Notes under the pieces: model-generated | What the model was told of the DNA's origin: nothing | The model's database searches: none | What the model saw: the letters and a program-made list of their open reading frames with translations, nothing else | NCBI RefSeq assembly: GCF_963506605.1 | Contig: NC_083278.1 | Coordinates: forward strand, 71,548,001 to 71,612,000 | DNA length: 64,000 bases | Direction: 5' to 3' | DNA from: Zootoca vivipara | Lineage: Eukaryota | In this document: in pieces, positions 39,088 to 52,068 of the stretch | Layout: every line of letters starts with the position of its first letter | Position numbering within the stretch: the first letter of the stretch is position 1 | Made by a program: the position numbers and the translations under genes

Positions 39088-39622
39088 TAGAATCATAGAA
39101 TCATAGAATCGTAGAGTTGGAAGAGACCACAAGGGCCATCCAGTCCTACCCCCTGCTGAGCAGGAAAAACCATCAAAGCATTCTTGACATATGCCTGTCA
39201 AACCTCTGCTTAAAGACCTCCAAAGAAGGAGACTCCACCACACTCCTTGGCAGCAAATTCCACTGCCAAACAGCTCTTACTGTCAGGAAGTTCTTCCTAA
39301 TGTTTAGGTGGAATCTTCTTTCTTGAAGTTTGAATCCATTGCTCCATGTCCGCTTCTCTGGAGCAGCAGAAAACAACCTTTCTCCCTCCTCTATATGACA
39401 TCCTTTTATATATTTGAGCATGGCTATCATATCACCCCTTAACCTTCTCTTCTCCAGGCTAAACATACCCAGCTCCCTAATAAGGCATCGTTTCCAGGCC
39501 TTTGACCATTTTCGTTGCCCTCTTCTGGACACGTTCCAGCTTGTCAGTATCCTTCTTGAACTGTGGTGCCCAGAACTGGGTACTATTACTTCCCTTGATC
39601 TAGATGCTATACTCCTATTGAT
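39088..39622 (-). mobile_element. CR1 LINE, 5'-truncated (ORF2 C-terminus and 3'UTR)
   Basis: [15 protein letters not shown]...RELGMFSLEKRRLRGDMI...PSLEVFKQR; (ATTCTATG)n tail. Confidence 0.93.
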
Positions 39623-39696
39623 TCTCAGGTCTTCAACTGAGACTTCTCTACTACACAAGCTTTTAACAATAAGCAATCCTTGCATGCCATACTTAC

Positions 39697-39793
39697 AGTG
39701 AGAGCAAATAGGGCAGCACTCGCCATCAATAAAAGTGGGACTGACACAGTGAACAGCTGGGCATGTGATTTTATTGCATATCGTTTTAGAGTT
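39697..39793 (-). CDS. THBS2: THBS2 exon 7 (vWC domain)
   Basis: NSKTICNKITCPAVHCVSPTFIDGECCPICSH; 97 nt; CAG acceptor, GTAAGT donor. Confidence 0.96.
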
Positions 39794-39897
39794 CTGTATA
39801 TGCAAAGGGGGGGAAAAACACATGGAACCATTATCAGTCAATCTAAATACCCTATCATTTGGCAGAACATTCTTCAAATGAAGGAGAAAGTAATATG

Positions 39898-39960
39898 ATC
39901 ATAGAATTGCAGAGTTGGAAGGGACCCAAGGCTCCTCCAGGCCAACCCTCTGCAATGCAA
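39898..39960 (-). mobile_element. CR1-tailed SINE or CR1 3' fragment
   Basis: ATCATAGAATTGCAGAGTTGGAAGGGACCC; a similar plus-strand piece lies at about 61080-61152. Confidence 0.6.
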
Positions 39961-40122
39961 AATGTTCAATGCAAGAATTATGCTTGAGTACCTAAGTTTG
40001 CCCCATTGCAAAAAATGCACATCCAAAAGTGCAAATGTCACCATGCTATTTTCCATCAGAGACTTATGCAACTGACAATATGAGATGCCACACAGAAGAA
40101 TGGGTTATAACATCCTCTAGTC

Positions 40123-40258
40123 CAGGCATCCCCAAACTTCGGCCCTCCAGATGTTTTGGACTACAATTCCCATCATCCCTGACCATTGGTCCTGTAAGCT
40201 AGGGATCATGGGAGTTGTAGGCCAAAACATCTGGAGGGCCGAAGTTCGGGAATGCCTG
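40123..40258. mobile_element. Palindromic hAT MITE, about 135 bp
   Basis: Perfect 8-bp TSD CTCTAGTC. Confidence 0.9.
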
Positions 40259-40724
40259 CTCTAGTCGATCAATAATAAAGCTTGTAGTTTTGTATCAGTG
40301 ACAGCAGGTCGGCCAAACTGTACAGTTGCATCCCCATTAGGGTTGATGATGCCAGATTTAGTTAGTGGTGCAGCATGAGCGAGAGAGGAGGGCCCTGGCT
40401 ACTAAAGGCCAAGGAATTCAACATGGGGTGAGGTGAGCAGATTTCCATCCACACAATGGGAATTGCCCTTCTTTGCCACTCTGCAGCACCTTAGATTCCT
40501 CTAAAATCTGCTCTGGGGGGTTATGGGAGAGGAAGGGAAAATCCCTTTACAGGAGTGGCAGTCTGCTCCACTGATGTATTGATTCAATCCCAAGAATATG
40601 TGGTCATCCCTCAAAACTGTTTATCAAAGGCAACCTGCCAAATAAATAATAACAATAATTTGAAATTACAGGGCAGTGCAAAGCCCAACAGAAAGAGATA
40701 GATGCCTATTAAAATAGCCCATTA

Positions 40725-40956
40725 CAGTGGTACCTTGGTTCCCGAATGGCTTGGCTCCTGAACAAATCGGCTCCCAAATGTCGCAAACCCGGAAGTAAGT
40801 GTTCCAGTTTGCTAATGTTTTTTGGAAGCCGAATGTCCATTTCAGCTGTCGGCATTGTTTCCGGGGGCAATCAGAAGCTGCACCTTAGTTTGCAAACATT
40901 TTGGAAGTCAAACGGACTTCCAGAATGGATTGATTTCGGGAACCAAGGTACCAATG
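40725..40956. mobile_element. Tigger-like MITE
   Basis: TA|CAGTGGTACCTTGGTTCCCGAA...TTCGGGAACCAAGGTACCAATG|TA. Confidence 0.85.
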
Positions 40957-40973
40957 TACTCCTGATTGGATGC

Positions 40974-41496
40974 TGTAATGGCGCTGTGTTGCTTTCTCAC
41001 GAGTAACGCGCTCCGATCTCCGTAACTGGTTTTTACAGAGTTTTATTATATACATATGTACAAGACAGAACACTAATGTCCATGACCGTTCAGTCCGAGT
41101 CAGAATCCGGAAGTGCCGCTTGTCGGCTCCGCCTCCAGCATAACAACCTTGGCACCCTCAGTCTCCTCCTCTCCTCTCTACGCTTTGCGCCCCCCCCCTG
41201 AATTGCTGAGGAGATGGGCAGGCGCAGCCCCCTCCCCTCCTGAACTGCTCAACTGCTGAGCAGGTGCTTTAGCCCCTGGTGCCTCCCCTTCCTCAGCGCT
41301 CTGGTCCGACCCTCCAGACCTTCCCTGCTGGCTCATTGCACCCTCAGCATCCCCAAGCTCCTGCGCCTCCTTTCCTGGCTCCGCACCAACTTCCAAGTGA
41401 TGCTGTGAGTCGTCAGCATCCTGGAGCTCCTGCAGTTCAAGGAGCCCTGGCACCACCCTTCCGGGCTCTCTGATGACCCCTGGTGCTCCCCTGACA
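40974..41496 (-). mobile_element. Solo LTR (523 bp)
   Basis: TG...CA termini, 5-bp TSD GATGC on both sides, minus-strand AATAAA at 41042-41047, GC/CpG-rich. Confidence 0.85.
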
Positions 41497-41564
41497 GATG
41501 CAGAGCGGAAAAGAAACTCCGTGTGATTGGGTGGGGAAGAGTAAATGATTCATTGATGCCTTAC

Positions 41565-41708
41565 CTGGCAGTGACATTTTGTGCAGCTGTCCACAACCCA
41601 ATGCGAATTATTCATAAACTCACGGCCATCTTGCCAACAAGCCGACTGGTTCTTGAGTGTTTTGTTGGGGCCAAGCAGTTCCGACACAATTTTCTCATTC
41701 ACCTCAGA
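41565..41708 (-). CDS. THBS2: THBS2 exon 6 (start of vWC domain)
   Basis: SEVNEKIVSELLGPNKTLKNQSACWQDGR...CTKCHCQ; 144 nt; CAG acceptor, GTAAG donor. Confidence 0.95.
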
Positions 41709-42208
41709 CTGTACAATGAAACAGGTAGCATCAGTAGCAATCAATGAGTTGGCCTTTTTGCAATGCGCCATAGTCAGAGAAGGGTGAAACGCTCACTAAC
41801 CCTCAGCATAGAAAGCTAGGCTGCTCAGAACAGATTCCTCCTTTCACCCAGCTAAACTGAGCCAGAAAAGAAGCAAACAATTCAGTGAGCGCACTATTCC
41901 TCTGGGCGCTAACGTCCCAGCTAATGTTACAATCTGGGCTTGCAGCGCTTACACAGATCTCCATAAATTCTACTGAAGAGATTTTCTTCCAGTATCACTC
42001 ATCTTCCTTAAAAATGGAAGATGATTTCACTCTTGAGACATGTGCTAGACTACTTCAGGTCTATTTAAAATGTATGTGAAGTTGATTCATAACACAGACT
42101 GAAGCAGACAATGGAACAAAAGCCAGGCAATGACAAACAAGGCGCATTCGTGTATTTTCTATATGATTTATCAAGGCGCCTGCATATACATTAACCCCGT
42201 GCAATGAT

Positions 42209-42536
42209 CAGGGCTGGCCTGATGACTTCATGAGGTGGGGTGAAGCAGCCACCTCAGGAGGTGGGAGCCCCTGAAGGCACCCCACCTGCCCTACCGCTTT
42301 CACCACTGGCAGAGAAGCGGCATGCAGCATCAATGCTGATTTGCTGTGAGATCTCGGCAAAATCTTGCGAGATCTCACAGAGCACGAGAGATTTGGTGAT
42401 TTTCAGTGAAATTTCATTAGATCTCGCTGGATATCAACGGTGATGTTGGTGCCGCTTCTCTGCCAGTGGCAGTGGGGCAGTGCAGCAGGCACTTTCCATG
42501 TCACCTCAAGCAGCAAAATGGGACATGCCACCCCTG
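42209..42536. mobile_element. hAT-like non-autonomous element with internal palindrome
   Basis: CAGGG...CCCTG ends; degenerate TSD gcaatgat/gcagtggt; arms CCACTGGCAGAGAAGCGGCA / TGCCGCTTCTCTGCCAGTGG. Confidence 0.65.
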
Positions 42537-43758
42537 GCAGTGGTAGTTTGTGCAGCACACAAATACTTTAAGGATTAGCCACCAAGAGCCTTTCCAGGGT
42601 TTATAGTTTTCCAGGAGATGGGTAAGCATGGGACTGGGTAGGTGGGTCACTTATCCTTCCCTCATCTGCTCCTGTGATGTTGTCCCAGAAGGCACTGCTA
42701 CCTACCGACAAGTCCCTGCATCCCAGTAATCAGACTCCTAAATGCAGTTGCTGGAATGCAATATTTGCACCAGCAAGTGCAACAGTACCCTGCATGTGGT
42801 GGAGAGGGCAGTTTTGCCAGTGTCACACACGTATTTGGATGGTGCCAAATCACCTGGCACTAACCTAACCACACCCATTTGAGCACGGAGGCAAATCTAG
42901 TCCTCTCAATTGTCACCTTCTCTCCCCCCCCCTCCAACCCTGGAGACTGTATATTCATCCTTTCTCTGGCAACTGGGGGGCGGGAATCACCCAGCTGTCT
43001 CCCATGACACAGTATTGTCTTAGCAGCATCAAAGCTGTCCTTAATGTGGTTCACGCGAATCATTCCATGTGCTGAAAAAACATATGGAAGCGGGTTGCGG
43101 AGCCCAGCAGTCTAGCCCATCATTGCCATGCTCCACGGATGTCTGCTTGTTCAACAGAAGACAGACATTCTCCCTACCTACAGATGCAACCTGGTACAGC
43201 TCCTTCTCGTGAGCAGGTCCCTCCTTGCATGGCTGAGATCTACCCGTGTACATTGGTACACACATATAACAACTTGCAATGTCTTTCAACTCGTGTGTTG
43301 GGCAGCACACCCAAAGCCACAGCAGGCTAACTGACTGAAGATTGCTAACTGATTGTTGGGTAGGGGGAGAATGGAAAGCTGAGGGAGAGAGAATGGAATG
43401 GAACATCTTTCAGAAGGACATGGCTGGGTGGCTGGAACCTAGAACAGAAGCCACTCCACCCCTTCACAGCACTCAGAATTTTCTACCTAGTGTGTGCTTC
43501 TATAACATGGGGCGCCCCTGAGGTGACATCAGAACTAATACACCACCCCACTATTATCAGACAATTTTCATACAATACTTTGGCATGTTTCCAACATGTA
43601 TAAGTGTTCTCTTTATCCATGTCTGGTAGATACCCAAACAAAGGGTTTATTGTAGTTATTGGTTTATTGACGGTTCATTTGTTGTTGCTAATCTTGAGGC
43701 GCAATCGCTGCAAATGAATGACCAGACACCTAGAGCAGAACACACAGGTGATACCTAC

Positions 43759-43952
43759 CACTTTGTCTAACTTTTCTGTTAAGCTGTTGACAACAATACG
43801 CAGTCCAGTGAGTTCCGTAAACATAGACCCTAGCTCTTCACAAGAGCGATCACAGAATTCTGCCTTTTTCTCTGTGTTTTCACCAACATACTCTGTCATG
43901 ACAGAAGGAAGGTGAAGGATCTCGGTGCTCTCGTTAATCGTGTTCACTTCAG
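43759..43952 (-). CDS. THBS2: THBS2 exon 5 (trimerisation cysteines and coiled coil)
   Basis: AEVNTINESTEIL...FCDRSCEELGSMFTELTGLRIVVNSLTEKLDKV; 194 nt. Confidence 0.96.
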
Positions 43953-44415
43953 CTGGAAGGGAGGAAGTAAAATAAAACCCATTATGTATATGCAACAGCT
44001 TTCCCCTGATTACAACTTTTGGCTCAAATTATACATTGGTACTAAAGGTGGATTGTAACTGTATCTCCCTTGGAGCAAGTTTGATGCCAAATTATACTCA
44101 AGGGTTGGATGTCGGCCCCTTCCAATTATAGTCATTCCTTTTCACAGTTTAGATTCCAGCTCTCAAAGAGGTCTGCAGGTTTAGAGGCAATGGAAAAGTC
44201 TTTTAGGAACACAGGACAGGGCAACTGAACATATGCAATGTTAAAAACTATCCACTTAAAAGCATAAGTATGGCTGATTGACATCCAATACCTTTTTTAA
44301 TCTGTTGTCGGAAGGGGGTTTATTGGTTTGCTTTTGTTCTTATTTTTATTATGTATTTTGTGGTTTTTATATTGTAATTTTATGTTGTGAACCACTCTGA
44401 GAACTACGGATAAAG

Positions 44416-44545
44416 NNNNNNNNNNNNNNNNNNNNNNNNNNNNNNNNNNNNNNNNNNNNNNNNNNNNNNNNNNNNNNNNNNNNNNNNNNNNNNNNNNNNN
44501 NNNNNNNNNNNNNNNNNNNNNNNNNNNNNNNNNNNNNNNNNNNNN
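44416..44545. other. Assembly gap (130 N)
   Basis: Run of N in intron 4. Confidence 1.
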
Positions 44546-47500
44546 AAGGTTTCATGATCACTCTGGCAGTGGGGCAAGAATAGGTTGAATGCTTGTTGAC
44601 CTTTTAATCCCAAAGAATTATAAAAACACAGTGCTGATAAAATGAACATTTTGGCTTGATTAATTGAAAGCAATAGCTATAGATATAAGCAGTGGCAAGA
44701 AGCCATGAGAAGGGACGAATTAAGACTGCAACCCTATGCACCTTTAGTTGGGAGTAAGGCCTATTAAACAAAATGCAACTTAGTTCTGAGTAAATGTGCA
44801 TAGGCTTTTACTTGCAAGGTTCTTTTTTCAGGGAATGTTATTCTCTCCAAGCAAGCACTACTTTCTGGCTCCCAAAATTAAGGAAGTAAAGGTTCAGCAC
44901 AGCCCTACCCAGCACAATTTATTTTAAATGTGTGTCTGAAGGGAATGAAGAAGCACAAGCAGCATAGTTTTTTCTAAGCAGATGCATTTGTAGCAGAAGC
45001 TTTTGCAAGGCAGCAATATACGTCAATCAAAGCATACTTGCTGCTGGCACAGTGCTTATGCCAAAAGAGCATGTACCGACAACAAAACCAGACTATAAAC
45101 TCAGGGACACTTCCTCCCCTAGTTGTTATGTTTCTTGGCCAAAACCAGATCACTGAATGGGGAAAGAGTAGCAAGCATCTCCTTTGCACGCACGGAGCTG
45201 TGTTACTGTCATCCCCTTGGAGTCTCAGCCACATTTTTAAAAATAGTGCAAATTCAGATGACATGCATCTCATTGTGGATATGCAAGAGGATACTCCGAT
45301 ACCTCATTATGATTTTGGGCAACTTTCAGTATGACTTATAGGATCTCATCTTTTATTGTTGAGGTGGTCACTTCCCACATGCTTGGGAGCCACTGCATTA
45401 TTCAGAGAGCAGTTGGGGGGCTGAAAGTTTATTTTGCTGCACAAACTAACCCCCTCACGAGTAGTGATACCCTACAAAAAAATTGGCACAATTTGGCTGT
45501 AAATGGAGTGCGCACCATCAGGTACAGCATACTATATACTAAATCGCAAGCAGAAAGAAAGGCTGTATTCCTATAATCAGGGATCGGGAACTTGTAGACC
45601 TCTAGATGTTGCTGGACTTCCAGATGTTGCTGGGGACTCCAACTCCCATCAGCTCCAGGCAACATGGCCAATGATCAGAGATTATGGGAGCTGGAATCCA
45701 ACCACATCTGGCAATCCACCCCTGCTATGCTATTGGAGCAAGCTGCGCTCCTACCACCCAACAGGTTGAGGGCATTGAACACTTCATAGGCCACAGGCAA
45801 GCATGGCTATCCCCATTCTATGATATCAGGTAGATACTATGCATATGTACCAGGGAAGACGTCCTACTGGAATTAGTGTGCGGTATTTAACTGCTGTGTC
45901 CCAGCAGTGCAAGGATCTCCATTTGTGCAACAGGACTTTCCGCATTCTCCTCCCCCCAGTGCTTCCCCCAAATCTTCTCCAGAGGGGAAACCCCTAGAAC
46001 AGATTTAGGGGAAAATAAGGGAAAGAAAGGCAGGAAACATTCCATTTTTCAAGGAGAAATCTTTGCACCGACAGAAGGAGAGACTACATTGGCTTCCACC
46101 GACTGGGACCCACTTCTGAGTAAGCATGCAGGCTTGATTTGCACATCATACCACACATATTTTCACTAAAACTGATGTTCCTTAGGTATCCTCAAGAAAC
46201 ACTAAAGCAGCCATATATTTAGTGGTGGTGAACAGAACATAAACTTTTTTACCAAACGCCATTGTATTATAAAGGCCTCATTCGCAGTAGGGATTACCGG
46301 GACCACACAAACATGTGGTCTCCCAGAGAAGAGCTCACAGCTACATTGCTGCTCCCTGGTCTTCTTTACTCCTGCACTTTGCTGAGCTAAAAGGAGGTTT
46401 GGCTTAGCATGTTGGGCAAACCCAGGCTCATAGTTTAGATCTCTCCTTGCGACCCATGAGCTGCAGCTAAGAATAAACCTTGACGGTACCTTGGGCTTAG
46501 TGAGGAGAGAGCTTAACCACAAGTCCTCATTCAGACAACACAGGATGCCATAGAACGGCTTAGTTCATCACAGTGTGGGATGAGGAACAAAATGGCCAGG
46601 AAGGAGCAAAGCAGCTGAGAGCTCGTCTTGAGGAGTCTACACATCCATGTGGCCTCAAGAAGCCATAGTTTGGCTTACCATATCATGAAAACCATGCCAA
46701 AGTCATTCTATATTTCAGTATTACAACAAGGGGAGGAACCCACTCGAGGGTGGCCCTTAAAACTTGCTCATTAATCTGTCACTCTTTTCCTTTGCTTGTA
46801 CTATCAATGGCACAGTAACAAAAATAATCGAAGAAGGTCATGATCTGACAGAGATGTATTAATGTAAATCAGGAATGATTCCAGGACAGCAAATAATATT
46901 ATAAAGCATTCTAAGAGCAGAACTGCATATTAGATCTGAAAATAAACAAAGACATAGAAATACAGCTAAAGAATCAGCAAAAAGCTTTGGGCAGGGAAAT
47001 GATTAATTGCTGCTAATGGAGCTAATCAATCTAAACATGGTGACAACAGTTAAGTAAACATTTTCCAAAAGTTTATAATGAATTGTTTCCAGAGCTAAGA
47101 ACTTTAAATATCTTGGCTGTAGACCGGAAACCCTAAAAATGCAACACAGCACAATAAAGCAATTTATCATGAAATGCTACTTGTTTGAGTGTCATCTCGT
47201 CTCAATGAAAAGATGTATTCTTGCCATGTAGACACATGAAAATTTATGTAAGTCTCACATGCGACACTTTTGAGATCATTAATTTCAGATTTTGAACCGA
47301 GAGTTTTTAAGATTACTGTACTAAAGTCAGTGCAGTAGCTTTGTTGGCACAAACTATGGCAGAAACACTAAGGGTAGACAGCCTGTGGAAGTGAAAGGCA
47401 ACATCTGGGACCAGCCTATGATGGGAGTCTTATATCTTTCCACTTTCTGATTATTTTCCCCTGGTTAAACACAATTTACTCTGTAAGTCAAAATGGTTCC

Positions 47501-47885
47501 AAGTGGAAATGTTACTACTAATGTGCAATTTTATTTATTCATCTTGAAAAGTAGAACACAGCCTTTCAATGCAGCTTCCCAAATACTTCACATTTGATCA
47601 CCAATGTTGGCATTCACTTGTCTCAGGCTTTGTGTCTTAAGAGAGAGGCAAAAAGGGGGGGGAAGCTTTGGCCTTTTAAAATAAGTAATAAATAACATAT
47701 CTGGGGACGTGTTTCGACCTAAAATCCTCTTTTGTACTGTATGTGGGTGTCAAGGATAAAGGATGCTTCTTTAAAGATCAGCATTCATACAAAAGAGTCA
47801 CCTGGCAATATCATTCTTTATAGTACAAAGGAGATACAAAGCCCTGAACAATTCAGGTTCAGGGTACCTTAGGGACCGCCTAAAC

Positions 47886-48020
47886 CAGACATCCCCAAAC
47901 TCGGCCCTCCAGATGTTTTGGGACTACAACTCCCATCATCCCTAGCTAACAGGACCAGCGGTCAGGGATGATGGGAATTGTAGTCCCAAACATCTGGAGG
48001 ACCGAGTTTGGGGGTGCCTG
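47886..48020. mobile_element. Palindromic hAT MITE, about 135 bp
   Basis: Perfect 8-bp TSD GCCTAAAC. Confidence 0.9.
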
Positions 48021-48241
48021 GCCTAAACCCATCCTAAGCTCCATGACGGAGGTCATCTGTAGATGTGATTGGTTGTCGTCGTCGTCCCCCCCCCCAGTTG
48101 GTGAAGCTCATCGGATAGAGATTTTAATTGGTTTCTCCATTCCGCCTATTATTGGAAGGAGCCAATAAAAACTGGTGGTATGTGTGGCCCCTCCCTCAAA
48201 TTACAGTGAGCAATAAGAATGGGACTTTTTCTTCTTCTTAC

Positions 48242-48326
48242 CTGACTGGCTCCTCTGGCATCCTTTGCTGCGCAAGACATCCTCTATTGATGTTCCAAAA
48301 ACTAGATGAATATTTTGGAGGAGACC
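48242..48326 (-). CDS. THBS2: THBS2 exon 4
   Basis: GLLQNIHLVFGTSIEDVLRSKGCQRSQS; 85 nt; CAG acceptor, GTAAG donor; absent from the ORF track. Confidence 0.95.
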
Positions 48327-48439
48327 CTGCAAAGAAGACACACATGCACAAAAAATGATTGTATCAAGGTCATTAGTCTGCTTCCCTCCTCCTTCAGAAC
48401 TTCTTCAATCTTGACTGAACTTAATCCTGCATAAATTGT

Positions 48440-49320
48440 TCATTTATTTTAGTCATTTAAATACCATATATTCCACCCTTCTTCAACAGACCCCAGGGCT
48501 GATCACCACATAATTAAACAGAGAAATGAAGCCAAAAAAAGCCCTGCACAACAACCAATCAAATACTGTCATCAAAACAGGTCAGATATCACATTACCCA
48601 CAGGCCTGGCAGAAGAAAAAGGATTCTAGCTGGCAATGAAAACTATGGTGCCAGCCACATGTTGCTGGGGGGGGGTGTCCAAAGTCAGGGTGCCTTTACT
48701 GAAGAGACCCTCTTGCAAACTATGAAGCTCCCTTAAATATAAGTCTAATAACAGGGCTGCCACAGACAACCTTAAACCTTGCATTTTTCAGGTAGATGGG
48801 TCCAAAGTCAGTTAGAGATTTTTACATGAATTTGGCTCAGTGTCTAATTAGCAACCAATGCAAGTGTTTAAGAACAACTGTATCATGAACTCACACAGAC
48901 ACCTCAAGAATCTGGCTGCAGAGTTTTGCACTAGTTTCAGTATTCGGAACATCTTCAAGGGCAGCCCCACATACAGTGGATTACAGGAATCCAAAAAGGA
49001 GGTTACTAGAGCATGGGTCCCTGTGGCCAGGAAATCCCTGTCCAGGAACAGCCATAGCTGGTGAAGTAGTCATAGCTGGGGGGGAAAGCACTCCTTGTCA
49101 CTGTGATCACCTGGAACTCAAGTGTCAGAGTTGAATCCCAAAGTTCCCTCAGACTTTGCACCTGGTCCTTCAGAGTGAATGCAACCCCCTACAGAACAGG
49201 CCATTTCCCTAACTCCTGAACCTGGGAGCTTTCTGTCTTGTCAGAATTCAGCTTTAGTTTGTTGGCCCTCATTCAACCTCATGCTGTCTTCAGACATTGG
49301 TCAAGCATCTTCACAGCTTC
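48440..49320 (-). mobile_element. Old, decayed L2-like LINE fragment
   Basis: Motifs parallel to the 59780-60015 L2 (CTGGCTGCAGAGTTTTG, CTTCAAGGGCAGCCCCACATA); may extend to about 50080. Confidence 0.55.
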
Positions 49321-52068
49321 ATCTGAAGCCATTGTCAAGGAGAAATCTGTCATCTGCATAGTGGTGACACTTTCCCTCAAATCTTCTAATGACTGCTTTG
49401 AAAAGTTTCATATAGATCCCTAATGCTAATAGGAATATCTGAAACCAGAGAAACCACTGAAAAACCCTCCCAACTCACAGAGTCAGTTCAGGAGGATACT
49501 ATGGTCACAAGCCATTGTGAGATTTGAGGAGCATCAATAGGGTTGTACTCCCCTTGTCAGTCAAGGTGGCCAAAAGCTACACTGCTAAAACAAAGCCTGA
49601 AGCATAATGGAATTGGGTCAAGCACATTCCTCCAAGCACACCTGCCTCCACCCTCTCCAGCAACTTGTCCAAAACCGGGATAGTTGCTACTAGGTGACAG
49701 TTGTGTCTTTAGGGTCCAAGGAGGGTCTTTTGGGAAGGGAATGTACTGGCCAAACACTCAAATGCCTTATCCATGTTCCCCTGTCTCAATAACTGAACCC
49801 GATCCCAAACCAGCCAAGACAGTGCTTTAGATGCCTCCACCAGATTGCATTAACAGTGGTGTCAAGGTCAGACCAAATATGTGTGGCTTTGCCCTCAAAG
49901 TGCTTTGCAACTTTTCAAGGTAGGTTTACAAGGGCTTCAAAAGCTCCACCACCCAGAAAAGCTATGCTGGACACAATCCCCCAGAGCATTCAGGATTCCA
50001 TCAGATTCCACCAGTCTTCAAGCACGGACAATCCGAATAGGTCCTCCATCCCTGCATAGGGGTACAGTGACCACATATCCGAATTGCTAGAGCAAATACT
50101 ATTGTTTGTAGCTAATAGGTTCAGGACAGTAATTTCTCAGCATAGGAGAAAATATTCCAGCAGCTCTCTTGCTAATGCATTGCCAGAAGTTCTAATTGTG
50201 AGTTTCCCCAGCCACTCTGGGCAGCTTACAACACATAAAAAATTGCAAAACATCAGGCACGGGCCTCCTCAATCCTCTTAAGAAGATGACACCTTTGCTC
50301 CAGTCAAACCAAAGGCAATAAACGAAGAACAAACCTTGTTTACAACTCATGATTTGCCTGAAGTGAGACAAACCATGAGCCCAGATTTGGATGCAATGTT
50401 ATGCCAAACTTTGGCTTAGTCCTGAGTAACACGGCAGCAGCAGAACTGGAGGAGTGCAACAGCCATGACTTTAGCTGCGGGAACCCACATGGATTGGCTT
50501 AGTGTCACATGCAAACCAATTCCCAGTATGTTCAGCAGCCAATGAGCCACCACAGAGCTTTCAGTAAAAGCACTCCAAACCATCCAGCTGAACTCTGCTT
50601 AATTCAGGTGAGCAGTGGAGGTTGGCATGTTAGGACAAAGGAGCCACTGCCCCACCAACTTCAGTCTGCCTTCAGCCAGCCCCCACCTGCCTGCCTGCCT
50701 GCTTCCTTCCTTGCAGCCAGGCCATAGGATGGCACTGCCTGTCAGCCTCCTCCCACTGTCCCTCAGTGTTGGCCTTGGAAAACTTGATCAGGGAAAAGCA
50801 AAGGAGAGGAACACAACCAGAATTTGTTGGCTCCGTCTGTCCTTGGCTCCACCTAGTGTTGGTCACCTTGCCATCCCAACAAACACCAGCCTCTACTATG
50901 TGGTTAAGTTAATTCTTTAGCCATCAGAAAGTGGAGCTTTTGGCTCATCCTGTGAGGAATCATCCAGTTGAAGGAAAAGCAAAGGTAGTATTCTAATAGT
51001 CAAGAGATCGAGCACCCTTGGAGGATTTCTTCAGGAATGGTATGGGGTTCATTTTTACCTGACCATGACATTTGCCATTGAGGCCAGAAGAAGATGCAGT
51101 GCAGAACAATGGATTCCTGCCAAAAACAGCAGCCCCTGTGTTTCCCTCCTCTCCTCATAAGTGTAGCTAACAAACTGTGTGGCTGATCTTATTAAGTCAT
51201 TCCCCCATCCTACCCCAGACATGACAGCCAGTGAGGTGTAGATGTTACAGCCGCAAATCTTAACAGACGCTGTCAGTGCAATTTCTCCCCAGGAGCAAAC
51301 CTCACTGACTTTAATGGAGCTTACTCCCTGGTAACTGTGTAGAGGACTGAAGCCCATATGGCCTCCATGCTGCCAATCTACAACTTTTGGTGGACATTCA
51401 GAGGTTTGGATATAGCAAGTGGGCCAAAAAGTGTCAGGGTTTTAGACAGCTCCTTCTCCCATCTTGGAGTGGCTTCTGGACAAACAGCTGAAGAGACTTG
51501 TTGCATAGTGCTCACCCACCTTTATGGAAAACATCTCCATTTTCACTCCTGTGACCTTGGCACAGAGCAAAGATGAATCAAACAGAGATAGCCCTTCCTC
51601 ACTTGGGGCAAATATTCCTGCATCCATATACAATTAGATTAAGTATGTGTGAAGAGCTGTCAGAAAGAGATCAGCACTGTCATTGCACCAAAGTCAAGGG
51701 AGAAGCTGGTTCTCCAAAAGTGCCAATTGAATCCCCTCTAATTCTGGTCTAAGAGTTTACATTGTTAAGCATACATAAGGCAAACTAAGACCCACTAAGT
51801 TCATGGGGACTTTCATCCACATAAACAGGATCCGGGGCCAGCACAAGACATTCTGCTGTCTGAGGCAGAGCAGCCACCGTTTCACCACATTCCTCCCGTG
51901 CCCACGGATTTCTCCCTCTGCTGCGCAAATTTGCCACCCTTCTCATTGCACAGTCCAAGACAAAGGTCTCAGTGGGGCTACTAGGTATGCAGCCCTCTGT
52001 CAGGATCTCATTATAAGGCTGCAGTCTTGTTCACACCAACCTTGGAGGAAACCTCATTGAATTCATTA

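Noticed and set aside
41178-41473. 92-aa acidic ORF
   Set aside because: It lies wholly inside the solo LTR and is low complexity.
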